64,000 nt of DNA from a virus. The stretch covers positions 22,300 to 86,299 of the IMG/VR virus record IMGVR_UViG_3300018421_000015, one strand, 5' to 3'. This document shows positions 1-9,384 of the stretch, piece by piece; position 1 is the stretch's first letter; each line of letters starts with the position of its first letter. Below the pieces are notes generated by a model, which worked only from the letters and a program-made list of their open reading frames with translations, was not told where the DNA came from and did no database searches. The position numbers and the translations under genes were made by a program.

Positions 1-2
1 GC

Positions 3-692
3 TACTCTTGCATTCCTAGTAACAGTAACCAGGATACTAAATGCAGTGTTTGTTCAACTGTTGTTCCTGACCCAACCAAATATTCTGTAAATTCGTATTC
101 TGGCCACTATTTTTGCAATGGATGCTGGATAGTTGCTCCGCCCATAATTAAGAATTCTGAGTCTCATGAACTTCTTAAATGTGCTTGTGGTGAAGAATAT
201 TCTTTTGATGAAATGCAACTATATAAGAATGAACATTTTAACTTTAATTCTTATCCTAGTTCTTTCAATAAAACCCAAACGCATATCTTTAGTCAAGATG
301 ATGGTTATATCATACCTTCTGGTATGGAACCAGATCCTGATGAAGAAGATCCTGATTCTGTAAGCTACTCAGTTATGTATAAAGAAGAAGAACTGTTTGA
401 TAAAATAGTTCAATCTTTCTTTTTAGATTTACCTAATGGAAACTTTTCTTACCATTCAATTTTAGTAAAAACTTTATTCCTTTGTTCCAATTGCAGTGAT
501 CATATTGATGACATTGTAAACAAGCATAAGGCAAAAGATCCCTCTTCTGCTTGGTATCCTCCTCCTATCAGCACATATCTTTTCTTCAAAACTTATTCAG
601 AAGTTTTTGATTACGATAAAGATAAATTCATTTCATACTTAGCTAATTCTAATATTAGCTTTTCTTTTACCTATGGAATAAGTCCATTTTGA
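3..692 (+). CDS. Cys-rich (multi Zn-finger) hypothetical protein, 5'-truncated
   Basis: The frame of ORF 213..692 stays open back to nt 3 (CSVC, CNGC, CAC, later CSNC). The start lies outside the window. Confidence 0.75.
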   Translation, partial: YSCIPSNSNQDTKCSVCSTVVPDPTKYSVNSYSGHYFCNGCWIVAPPIIKNSESHELLKCACGEEYSFDEMQLYKNEHFNFNSYPSSFNKTQTHIFSQDDGYIIPSGMEPDPDEEDPDSVSYSVMYKEEELFDKIVQSFFLDLPNGNFSYHSILVKTLFLCSNCSDHIDDIVNKHKAKDPSSAWYPPPISTYLFFKTYSEVFDYDKDKFISYLANSNISFSFTYGISPF

Positions 693-738
693 GCATTCAG
701 AAACAAGGATCTAATACACTAAATATTATAGGAGTATA

Positions 739-2445
739 ATGTCAACTACAGCCACACAAGAGATCACTCTTGACGATCTCAATCACTTCTGGACTGCCGA
801 AGGACTTCCTGTCTTTTATGCAGACAGAGATGATATTTGCGATATTGTTGAGGGCATGGGATTTAGTATATACTACCTTCTTGCCGATTATCAAAAGAAG
901 GTAAATCCCCCTGCTAACAACAATAAGCATACCAACAACGGTAAGCCGCAAACCCCACCTGCGCCAACCTACACCCATGAAACGCAATGGTTCAAAGTTG
1001 TTAATAACTTTGTTGGCAGAAGTGTTTCCAAATGTGCTCCTTCTCTTCCTGATAATTTTATTTCTGTTGAAGAATTAGCCCATTACAAAATGCCTGCCAT
1101 TCCTCATGTTATTGTTGACAAGCTTGATCAGTTTTTCCGTCTTGTTGACGCTCAGCATGGTACTGAGTCAATTGTAATGCTAACATATGACATTACTAAA
1201 GAGGGCCCTGAAGGCTGGGGTATTCTTGTTCCAGATCAAGAGAACACAGCAGCTCACTGCAATTATGATCCTCACAGTATTGCAGAGATGAAGCCCGATG
1301 ATGTAATGATTGTTGGCTCTGTCCACAGTCATCCTCATATGGCAGCTTACGCATCTGGCACAGATCATGCTGATCAAGCTGACTTTGATGGTATTCACAT
1401 TACTTATGGTTGGCAGAAAAGTGTAAATAACGGAGCTACCCAGTATCACATAGAACTTCAAATGGCTGGTCAAGCTTATACACTTAAGCCTGAAGATGTT
1501 TTTGAAGATTTTGTGATACAAAAAGAGCCCGATCCTGACGTTGTTGAGTGGAGTTCTAAAGTAAAAAAAGAACTCCCCCTGCCAACAAAGGCGGGGGTCT
1601 ACACACCACAGGATCTGTCCGCCCCGCAAATTCTTCTGCAAGCTCCTATCAGTCTTGGTACGGGCCTACCAAAAGCTAACGATTATCAAGACCTTCCTTG
1701 GGTCAAGCACTTGAATAATATTTATTCAAGTTGTGATGTACCTGAAGGTTCTATACTGATTGCAGAAGTCGATGCACAAACTACTCAAAGCCAGTATTGT
1801 CCCTCTTGTGACACTTATCTTGACTACTATTGTATTTACGATGGTTTCTGTGACACTTGTTTTATTCCCATATCTGCTAAAGGTACGTCAAGACAAGAAG
1901 TAATGCAGCTTGCCAACATGTACGCTAAAAGCGTCAACATGTCTAATGACGTACCTGTGTATCTTGTTGGTTATGATTCTTATGAATCTGGTCGCCAGCT
2001 TTTTGTTATGGCTATTTGCGAAACAAGTCTTTTGTCTGAAATTCCTTCTTCAACTTCTTCTACCGATGAAGTTGACGAACAAGATCACGCAAATAGTTTT
2101 GATCCTGACTATCTTATTTGCTGTGGTGTCCACAAAGACGACTACGCATCGTGTTATTGCGATCATCAAATAACATACAATGATTATCTCGATTATGAAG
2201 CTCTTATCCAAACTGAAGATCAGAGCATTTATCTAGATAAAAACGTAAACTGCATTGGATGTGAACACTATTACTCTCCTGTTTGCAGCCAAATGCGTAG
2301 CCTACTTGTTGACTGGATCAAAGATCCCAAGAGCCATGTAGAGTTAATAGTCTCTGGTACAGTCAATAAGATAGATGGTCGTGGCTGTGAACAATTTGAA
2401 CAGTATTACGTACCACTAGATGAAAGTAGTTATTATTATGAGTAA
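739..2445 (+). CDS. JAB/JAMM (Prok-JAB) metallo-isopeptidase with Cys-rich C-terminal region
   Basis: JAMM motif E...HSHPHMAAYASGTD (HxH-x7-S-x2-D). C-terminal CPSC/CDTC/CCG/CYC/CIGC clusters. AGGAG RBS. Confidence 0.88.
   Translation: MSTTATQEITLDDLNHFWTAEGLPVFYADRDDICDIVEGMGFSIYYLLADYQKKVNPPANNNKHTNNGKPQTPPAPTYTHETQWFKVVNNFVGRSVSKCAPSLPDNFISVEELAHYKMPAIPHVIVDKLDQFFRLVDAQHGTESIVMLTYDITKEGPEGWGILVPDQENTAAHCNYDPHSIAEMKPDDVMIVGSVHSHPHMAAYASGTDHADQADFDGIHITYGWQKSVNNGATQYHIELQMAGQAYTLKPEDVFEDFVIQKEPDPDVVEWSSKVKKELPLPTKAGVYTPQDLSAPQILLQAPISLGTGLPKANDYQDLPWVKHLNNIYSSCDVPEGSILIAEVDAQTTQSQYCPSCDTYLDYYCIYDGFCDTCFIPISAKGTSRQEVMQLANMYAKSVNMSNDVPVYLVGYDSYESGRQLFVMAICETSLLSEIPSSTSSTDEVDEQDHANSFDPDYLICCGVHKDDYASCYCDHQITYNDYLDYEALIQTEDQSIYLDKNVNCIGCEHYYSPVCSQMRSLLVDWIKDPKSHVELIVSGTVNKIDGRGCEQFEQYYVPLDESSYYYE
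1550..1597 (+). promoter_or_regulatory. Putative -1 programmed ribosomal frameshift signal
   Basis: GGAG (1550-1553), in-frame slippery A_AAA_AAA (1563-1569), then a GC-rich stem-loop CCCCTGCC-aacaaa-GGCGGGGG (1576-1597). Confidence 0.55.
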
Positions 2446-3190
2446 ACGATTTGTAGTTGTAGGCGCTGGCGGTGTTGGTACCTGGCTATGCGCTGGTCTA
2501 GTACGCTTACTTGAGTGGAAGTATCCAGGCTCTGCTCTTATTATTGTAGATGGAGATACTTATGAAGAAAAGAATAAAGAGCGTCAAGACTTTACTAAAA
2601 TTGGAAACAAAGCCGTTGTCAAAGCAGCGGAACTCACTCCGCAATTCCCTAACACAACCATTATACCTGTGCCAAAGTGGGTGGTCGGAGACGACTTTAG
2701 TGGCGTCGCAGACGAAGATTCACCAAAGATAAAGGCCACTGATCTTATCCATGAAAACGACGTTGTTTTTGCGGTTGTTGATAACTTTGCTGCTCGTGCT
2801 ATACTTTTTGATGCCGCAAGGAAGCTCAATAACATTGACGTTTTTACAGGCGGTAATGATGATGAATTGTTTGGTTCTATTTATCATTATCAAAAGCGTG
2901 ATGGATTAGAAATCACTTGTCATCCAGAAGAGTTCCATCCTGAATATCTTAACCCACCAGATAAGAATCCAGGTGAACTCTCTTGTCAAGAACGATCAGA
3001 AATAGAAGGTGGCACTCAGCTACTAGCTACTAACATGGCGGTAGCTGCCTTCATTCTTGGTCGTGTACAAAAAACAATAGTGTCAAATCAAAACCCTGAT
3101 GAGACAGAGGTCTTCTTTGATCTCGGTCTTGGTAAGGCGGAGCCTTTCAATAGGACTCATGCTCATCTTAATGAACCATCATTAGTATAA
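2438..3190 (+). CDS. ThiF/E1-like Ubl-activating enzyme
   Basis: GAGGVG nucleotide loop, IVDGDTYEEKNKERQ, GNKA, AVVDNFAAR, and candidate catalytic Cys in LSCQE. The ATG overlaps the JAB stop. Confidence 0.9.
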   Translation: MSKRFVVVGAGGVGTWLCAGLVRLLEWKYPGSALIIVDGDTYEEKNKERQDFTKIGNKAVVKAAELTPQFPNTTIIPVPKWVVGDDFSGVADEDSPKIKATDLIHENDVVFAVVDNFAARAILFDAARKLNNIDVFTGGNDDELFGSIYHYQKRDGLEITCHPEEFHPEYLNPPDKNPGELSCQERSEIEGGTQLLATNMAVAAFILGRVQKTIVSNQNPDETEVFFDLGLGKAEPFNRTHAHLNEPSLV

Positions 3191-3202
3191 TAGGAGAATA
3201 CA

Positions 3203-3454
3203 GTGGAAGCTACAAGCAACAATTCACAGCCCACCCCTGCAACTGGTATGGCGAATCTTCGCTATGGCGTTTACAATCAGCCAAGCAACATCGCTGGTAA
3301 AACTGTCAAGGAAGTTCGTGATCAGTTCAGCAAGATTTGGGGTATCCCATCTGATGCTGTCGCATACTGCGGCAAGGAAAAGATGGATGAGAACGCCACA
3401 ATCGAGCCTGGTCAGAACATCGAGTTCCATCGCCGTGCTGGCGAGAAGGGCTGA
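3203..3454 (+). CDS. Ubiquitin-like beta-grasp protein (Prok_Ub/PRTRC protein C-like)
   Basis: 83 aa with GKTVKEVR..., and C-terminus IEFHRRAGEKG ending in Gly. Directly follows E1. AGGAG RBS with GTG start. Confidence 0.85.
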   Translation: MEATSNNSQPTPATGMANLRYGVYNQPSNIAGKTVKEVRDQFSKIWGIPSDAVAYCGKEKMDENATIEPGQNIEFHRRAGEKG

Positions 3455-3474
3455 GATTTCCTCCAACAGGGAAT

Positions 3475-3510
3475 TTAGGGGGGAGTAGGCTAATACCTGC
3501 TCCCCCCTAA
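3475..3510 (+). terminator. Strong stem-loop after the Ubl gene (attenuator or stabiliser)
   Basis: TTAGGGGGGAGTAGG-ctaata-CCTGCTCCCCCCTAA: 15-bp stem with one G:U pair and no U-tract. Confidence 0.6.
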
Positions 3511-3547
3511 CTAAACTCAAACCCAGATTATTAGATTGGTTATTATT

Positions 3548-5131
3548 ATGATTAACAAAATTAAGCTGGGACTACCGAATCTCTGGTTGCAAGATCCAGA
3601 TTTTATTCGCTCAATCGATATAATAGTTTCGGCGGTTCCTGACCGAAACTATTATTACATCGATAGCATTAAAGGCTTCTGTAAATATGTAGACAATGAG
3701 TGGAAGCCAGTACTCGTACAAAATCCTCGCTCTGACGAAGAAGGCGAAAGCGATTACATAACCACTGACCATCCAGAACTTGCTAACGATTACCTGGATA
3801 ATTCCGATGAGCTCAATGTAACTGTCTTCAAGTTTATTGCCGGTGTCGATGCCGAAAGACTTCAGTACAGAATACCTATGCTGTACGATGCCCTTTCTAG
3901 GTATCGCCAAGCATTTTGGTCAGATTCTAAAACCGATCTTCCTCAACAAGTTATTTACATTAGTCCCCAAGAATGTCCAGAACCTCTAACGCCCTGCTTT
4001 GAAGTTCTGGAAAGTGTTTATCCTAACCTGTCAGAACTTGCAACAGTTCTTACACACATTAAAGACCGTGCTCCTAATTCTTTTGATGAAAACAATATCA
4101 AAGAAATTGCTCGCGCAGGTCTAGGCTTTAGTGAAACCGAATTCATATTTGCATGCCTTAATGTCATCAGCGAAGAAAAAACTTTGACCGCTAAGCATGT
4201 TAATGATATTAAAATGTCTAATATTAAGTCTCGTGGTATTCTTGAAATTATCAACCCCAATATAACCTTCGACAACATTGGTGGTCTTGATAATATTAAA
4301 GATATCATTAGGCGCACTTCAGTTCTTCGCCAAAACCCTCAGCTTTCTGAGGACTACGGCATAACTCCTATCAGAAGAATGCTTATGGTTGGTGTTCCTG
4401 GTACTGGTAAATCAGCAATCTGTCAGGCAACTGCTGCTGAGCTTAATCTTGATCTTGCTCGTACTGGTATTGCACAAGTTATGAACAAGTATATTGGCCA
4501 GTCAGAAGCCAACATGCGCGCTGTATTTCAGCAGATCAAACTCATGAATCCTTTATGCGTTTGGATTGACGAGTTTGGCCGTGATCTTTCAGGTAGTGGA
4601 GACGGTGCCGACAGTGGCACCACTGACCGTGTTCATGGTGAGTTCTTAACAGGTCTTCAAGAACTTCCTGAAGAATCATTCCTTTTGTGCGCAGCTAATG
4701 AGCTTCATTCTCTTAAGCCAGAAATGTTACGCGCAGACCGATTTGACAAGATATTCTTTGTCGGTCTGCCATCACATTCCGAGCGTAGCCATATCTTTAA
4801 GATTCATCTTAGCTCAATCAAAAACCAAGAGTATGATTATGACGCGCTTGCTGAATCTTCTGCCTTTATGACCGGTGCAGAGATAGTTTCTCTTATCAAA
4901 GAAACTAAGTTCTATGTTGTTTCTGAACATGCTCGTCCAATCAATACCAACGATATTCTCCAACGCATTCCTACCATCCGTAATACTATCTGGCGTAAGC
5001 ATCCCGATACTGTTAAAAGCATGTATCAATATGCTCTTGAACAGTGGGATTGGGCCTCGACAGAACAGATGGAAGATGCTAAGATAATTCTTGGTAGAAA
5101 TAAGTCTTCAACTAAACTATCATTTGCGTGA
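3548..5131 (+). CDS. AAA+ ATPase (Ycf46/SpoVK/Cdc48-like)
   Basis: FDNIGGLDNIK, Walker A GVPGTGKS, pore loop KYIGQSE, Walker B VWIDE, SRH PEMLRADRFD. Confidence 0.92.
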   Translation: MINKIKLGLPNLWLQDPDFIRSIDIIVSAVPDRNYYYIDSIKGFCKYVDNEWKPVLVQNPRSDEEGESDYITTDHPELANDYLDNSDELNVTVFKFIAGVDAERLQYRIPMLYDALSRYRQAFWSDSKTDLPQQVIYISPQECPEPLTPCFEVLESVYPNLSELATVLTHIKDRAPNSFDENNIKEIARAGLGFSETEFIFACLNVISEEKTLTAKHVNDIKMSNIKSRGILEIINPNITFDNIGGLDNIKDIIRRTSVLRQNPQLSEDYGITPIRRMLMVGVPGTGKSAICQATAAELNLDLARTGIAQVMNKYIGQSEANMRAVFQQIKLMNPLCVWIDEFGRDLSGSGDGADSGTTDRVHGEFLTGLQELPEESFLLCAANELHSLKPEMLRADRFDKIFFVGLPSHSERSHIFKIHLSSIKNQEYDYDALAESSAFMTGAEIVSLIKETKFYVVSEHARPINTNDILQRIPTIRNTIWRKHPDTVKSMYQYALEQWDWASTEQMEDAKIILGRNKSSTKLSFA

Positions 5132-5138
5132 GGTGAGC

Positions 5139-5765
5139 ATGTCAGAAATATTAGATAACATTGACGATTTTATGAGTTCTTTAGATGAAGACTCAGTTCC
5201 CGTCAATAAAGATACCAAAGAATATCAAAGCGATCTTTATAAGAAGTGGTTTAGATCTAAATCTCAATCTGGATTCTTAGCTATTCGTCCTTGGTACGAA
5301 GCGCTAAAATTCAAAATTGATATTGGTAAAACTTCTTCTGATGGAAAACTTCTTAGCAGCACAAATGTTTTTGTTGATGCAATCGATTTCGGTGCCTACC
5401 TAAAGAGCATTGTTAGCGGCACCGCACAGAACAACTATCCTGCAAATGCTAAGATGGGTGTTCCAACTCCTGAAGGTTTTGTATCTTACGGAGGTGCCGT
5501 TGTAGATAACAAACCTGTCTCTAGAATATTTAAGGCGCATCACTGGCAATCAAACGATGAATATGATCCTAATTCATTCGTTTGGAAATGTGGTCATTTT
5601 GCTGCTCGCAAGTCTGACTCTGGCGCCTTTATTCCAGACATGAAGCAGCTTATATCAGCTGACATGATCAAGGTTACTCGTCAAGATGTTTGCTCAATAT
5701 CGTACATTGTCGATATGGCAATATCATCTTACGTTGCTAACAATACGGATTGGTACGAAAAATGA
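5139..5765 (+). CDS. hypothetical protein
   Basis: GAGGTG RBS, ATG at 5139, coupled to its neighbours. Confidence 0.75.
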   Translation: MSEILDNIDDFMSSLDEDSVPVNKDTKEYQSDLYKKWFRSKSQSGFLAIRPWYEALKFKIDIGKTSSDGKLLSSTNVFVDAIDFGAYLKSIVSGTAQNNYPANAKMGVPTPEGFVSYGGAVVDNKPVSRIFKAHHWQSNDEYDPNSFVWKCGHFAARKSDSGAFIPDMKQLISADMIKVTRQDVCSISYIVDMAISSYVANNTDWYEK

Positions 5766-6145
5766 CAGACATTCCCCAAATTGATGAGGCAACAGTTAAG
5801 GCTGTTATGTCTATTGTTGAAGAAGTAATCGGAAGTGCTGTTGTTAGATTTTCTGAAAAACTTCAAGAATTAGAAAATCGTATTAATTCTATTGATGAGC
5901 AAATTGCTACCTTGATCATTGGTTATGGCGAACAAGCTGTATTCATGGAAGCTCTTGTTGCACAAATGGCTTTTGCTACAGATCAGGAAAGAACTTCTTT
6001 CAACAATTCTCTTACAGAGGCTCGTAAGAAAATGCTGGAGGTGATGCGTGATGCCTCAGCAGCAAACCTGGCCGATGAAGATCCAAACCTTGCCTCAGCC
6101 GTTGAGGACCTGGTTAACCAAAAGCTACTTGACTCAAACGACTGA
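5762..6145 (+). CDS. hypothetical coiled-coil protein
   Basis: ATGA overlap with the upstream gene. Helical, heptad-like sequence. Confidence 0.75.
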   Translation: MTDIPQIDEATVKAVMSIVEEVIGSAVVRFSEKLQELENRINSIDEQIATLIIGYGEQAVFMEALVAQMAFATDQERTSFNNSLTEARKKMLEVMRDASAANLADEDPNLASAVEDLVNQKLLDSND

Positions 6146-6341
6146 TAGTTCTTGTGTTCTTTGTCTAGAAAAAGATAGCTATTTAATATTAGATAATTTT
6201 TCTTATCTGTCATTAATTTATTCTGCAGTGCATTCAATATATCCAGATGTAACTTCTTTGCATCTTGTTGAATCTCCGTTTGTTGAACTTTTAAAAACAG
6301 GAAAACTATCTCTAGATTCGCTAGAGGTACTAAGAGATTAG
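6129..6341 (+). CDS. small hypothetical protein
   Basis: Fills the gap between two ORFs. Start is uncertain (TTG 6129). Confidence 0.45.
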   Translation: MTQTTDSSCVLCLEKDSYLILDNFSYLSLIYSAVHSIYPDVTSLHLVESPFVELLKTGKLSLDSLEVLRD

Positions 6342-6351
6342 GTGTTTATAA

Positions 6352-6858
6352 ATGGTAATTTCAAAATTCAATGATCTAAATGATTTTATTTCTTACGTGA
6401 ATTCCAAAATTGAAACTCACTTTTTACCTCTTGATGTTCATGCGGATCCTGATCTCTTATTAACTATTCATACATGCGATATGGATTCTAACAATTATAG
6501 TTTTTATTACAAAGGCAGTAAAACTGACCTTAAAAATAATGTTTTTAATGATCTTCTTCCATCTCTAAGAGATTCTCTTTTGCAAGCTCTGATTACCAGA
6601 ATGCACACCATACATTCCCATTATCTTGTTCCTAATATAATTTCTTATTATGATATTTACAATGATCTAGAAAATGACGATGTTGATTACTCTAATTATT
6701 TTTCAGATATTAAATCCGTAATAAGCAAATTAGCTAATGACAATAAATTTTATAGAAAAAATATAGTTGATTTAAATGTAGAGATTGTTGAACTGCGCAA
6801 ACAAAACGCAGACCTACAACAGCAATTGCAAATTAAATCTATTTCTACTTGGGGATAA
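6352..6858 (+). CDS. hypothetical protein with C-terminal coiled coil
   Basis: ORF track. AGGTG RBS. Confidence 0.7.
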   Translation: MVISKFNDLNDFISYVNSKIETHFLPLDVHADPDLLLTIHTCDMDSNNYSFYYKGSKTDLKNNVFNDLLPSLRDSLLQALITRMHTIHSHYLVPNIISYYDIYNDLENDDVDYSNYFSDIKSVISKLANDNKFYRKNIVDLNVEIVELRKQNADLQQQLQIKSISTWG

Positions 6859-6860
6859 TT

Positions 6861-7823
6861 ATGTTTAAATATGATACAAGTTTCGATACAGACGAAACTT
6901 ATTCTATGCGTCAAAGCTCTACCTATAATCAAACCTATTTCACTGCTAACATATTTAGGGATAACCAATCTCTTAATGCAAATTTCTATCTTAACGAAAT
7001 GTCAGAACTTCCTGAAAATGTTTTGATATATGATTATTTTGGTTCTGGAGAAATGTATTATAGTCCCAATGGAATATCTTCTCCTATTGTTTCTGTATCC
7101 AAAAATTCTCTTGATTACATGTACAAGTGGGTTACCGAAACTTCATCCAATGCTAGCGAGTATGCAAATTCGGTATTATTTTTAGATAAAGATTATTCTG
7201 AAATATTAACTACAACATTTTCTCTTGAAATATTTTCTTGCTGGGTTAAGCCAGCATATGGATTTGAGAATTATCTTTTACTTCATTATATGCCCAATCT
7301 TTTTAATTATGAGTTAAACGATAACTCAGTTAACTCTTCTCCTCCTATTTGTTCTCACGTTACATATGTTTCTCCATCCAAAGAGTACATATCAGATCAT
7401 TATCAGTTTGCAAACATGATTGATGGATATCCTTCATGTTCTCATCCTTCTTTTGCTGACAAGCACATGCCTTGTCACTTCTTTGAAAATTTCTCTCTTT
7501 GTCCTATGCATGAATCTAAATCTGAAATTATTACTCAAGTTTCAGTAAATCATGCAAACACAGATAATTCTACTGTATTTTCTGTAAGAAAAATTCATCT
7601 TTCAAATATGGAATATTCTTATTCCGTATTTAACAATACAGAAAATCAAACTGTCTTTAATGTTACTGTTCCACCAGAAACACCTGAGCTAGAAGTTTCT
7701 TCTCATGTAACTCAACTTCTTGAAGAACTTCTTGATTCATACAAAGAAGACACCATTCAAGTTTTACCAGATAGTCTCCAGCCGGAAAGCAAACAACCTT
7801 TTATAGCCTCTGCATTAAGCTGA
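6861..7823 (+). CDS. hypothetical protein with Cys/His cluster
   Basis: CSH...CSHP...HMPCHF...CPMH, a possible metal-binding site. Confidence 0.7.
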   Translation: MFKYDTSFDTDETYSMRQSSTYNQTYFTANIFRDNQSLNANFYLNEMSELPENVLIYDYFGSGEMYYSPNGISSPIVSVSKNSLDYMYKWVTETSSNASEYANSVLFLDKDYSEILTTTFSLEIFSCWVKPAYGFENYLLLHYMPNLFNYELNDNSVNSSPPICSHVTYVSPSKEYISDHYQFANMIDGYPSCSHPSFADKHMPCHFFENFSLCPMHESKSEIITQVSVNHANTDNSTVFSVRKIHLSNMEYSYSVFNNTENQTVFNVTVPPETPELEVSSHVTQLLEELLDSYKEDTIQVLPDSLQPESKQPFIASALS

Positions 7824-7830
7824 GTTAACT

Positions 7831-9384
7831 ATGTCAAATTTTCCTAATTTTACAGTTCTTACTACAGATTCAGATAACAACCGCTATCAGAAAAACTCTT
7901 TTTACAATGTTTTTCTTCGTGAGAAAAATGATGTTTATTATTATCGCGACACTATAACTAACTCTATTGCAAAATATTTATCCAACCAGGATACTCAATT
8001 TCCTTTAGACTGTTATCCTATTGATGCAGAAAATCGACATGGTCTTACCATTCGTGAAATTATTTCTGGTAATTTTCTTACAGATTTACTTACTGATTCT
8101 TTGTATTTAAATTCGAAACAGAATCTTACCTCGATTCTCTCCAAGGCCTCGCACATTAATCTCACAAAATTACCTTTGTTTTTTAGCGTAGAGTTAAATC
8201 ATGGATATTCTTATGATTACCAAGATGTTATAACTCAATCTTTAAACTACAATAACAGCTTTGCCTTCAATGATTCGACAGACATAAATCCTACATCTTT
8301 AAGGTACTTTTCTTCAAATGGTACAATCTATGTAGAACGTCCTCCTTTTAAGGCTATAGTTAATTATAAGCCTGTTAGGGCTTCTGGTACAACAAAACAT
8401 ATTGAATCATATGAAATATGGGTTCCCTGGACTTTAACTAGAATTTCTACTTCAGAATATCACCATCTATCTGATAGATCTTTTAGGATATATTTTTCAT
8501 CTTCTCCATTAACTGATACTTCCGATGATCAGTATGTTCCTTGTATGTTTCCTAATTCTTATACTGATGGAACAATCTGTTTTTCAAATAGTCTTCAAGA
8601 AATACCTGATTTTGAATCCCAGTCTATTAGATATATATATTCTATGATGATAAATGAATATATATCTGGTGGATGGAATCTTGACCTTGGTCTTCCTGTT
8701 CTTCAAAATTCTGTTTTAAATCCTTCAGATACTTATAAAGAATATTGTAGACCTACTTACAATTCTCTTCTTGCTAGGTTTCCTGACTTAACTGACTCTA
8801 AGATTGCTACCTTAAAGTCACAATCTCTTTCTTCTTCTGGTTCTGCTCACTCAAAATATTTCTTCAAAATGATGTCTAGCTTTAATCTTGAAGAGACTTT
8901 AGATTTTTATAGTTCATTTGAACGTATGTCTTTTGATAAGATTAATTCTACGAATCAATCCTTATCTTTCTCCAATGATATAACTGGTTATATTCGTTCA
9001 AGGAATCATCATCACGAAGTTTTAGCAGGATACACTAATGTCTCTGAGTTAGACAAGAAAATATTTATTACTTGCTTTAACCATAATAATGAAGACTCTG
9101 TTTATAAAGATACTAATAAGTTTATTAGATCTATAAATAAAACAAAAATCTCTTCCACTTGGAACGATTCAGTAGATTATACTGATGAATTTTCTTCTAT
9201 TTTTCAAGAAGAACTTTCTAATATGATGAATATGGAACATAGTTTTATATATTTGTATTACGATAAATCATCTGGAGATTATGAAATTCATAACTCTTCA
9301 AATTCATCAATTGAGACAATTGTCAGTATGGATATTATTTCAGATATCCTTATTGATCAAAGTTTAAAAGAGATTTCAATATGA
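7831..9384 (+). CDS. Prokaryotic E2-like (Prok-E2_D/PRTRC-B-like) domain protein, paralogue 1
   Basis: YVERPP...IWVPW...MFPNSYTDGTICF...WNLDL. The PN-x4-G-x-IC pattern is typical of the E2 active-site Cys region. Confidence 0.65.
   Translation: MSNFPNFTVLTTDSDNNRYQKNSFYNVFLREKNDVYYYRDTITNSIAKYLSNQDTQFPLDCYPIDAENRHGLTIREIISGNFLTDLLTDSLYLNSKQNLTSILSKASHINLTKLPLFFSVELNHGYSYDYQDVITQSLNYNNSFAFNDSTDINPTSLRYFSSNGTIYVERPPFKAIVNYKPVRASGTTKHIESYEIWVPWTLTRISTSEYHHLSDRSFRIYFSSSPLTDTSDDQYVPCMFPNSYTDGTICFSNSLQEIPDFESQSIRYIYSMMINEYISGGWNLDLGLPVLQNSVLNPSDTYKEYCRPTYNSLLARFPDLTDSKIATLKSQSLSSSGSAHSKYFFKMMSSFNLEETLDFYSSFERMSFDKINSTNQSLSFSNDITGYIRSRNHHHEVLAGYTNVSELDKKIFITCFNHNNEDSVYKDTNKFIRSINKTKISSTWNDSVDYTDEFSSIFQEELSNMMNMEHSFIYLYYDKSSGDYEIHNSSNSSIETIVSMDIISDILIDQSLKEISI

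Noticed and set aside
2438-3454. ThiF/ThiS or MoeB/MoaD sulfur-carrier (cofactor biosynthesis) interpretation
   Set aside because: No thiamine or molybdopterin genes are nearby, the Ubl ends in GEKG rather than GG, and E2-like genes are present. It is not formally excluded.
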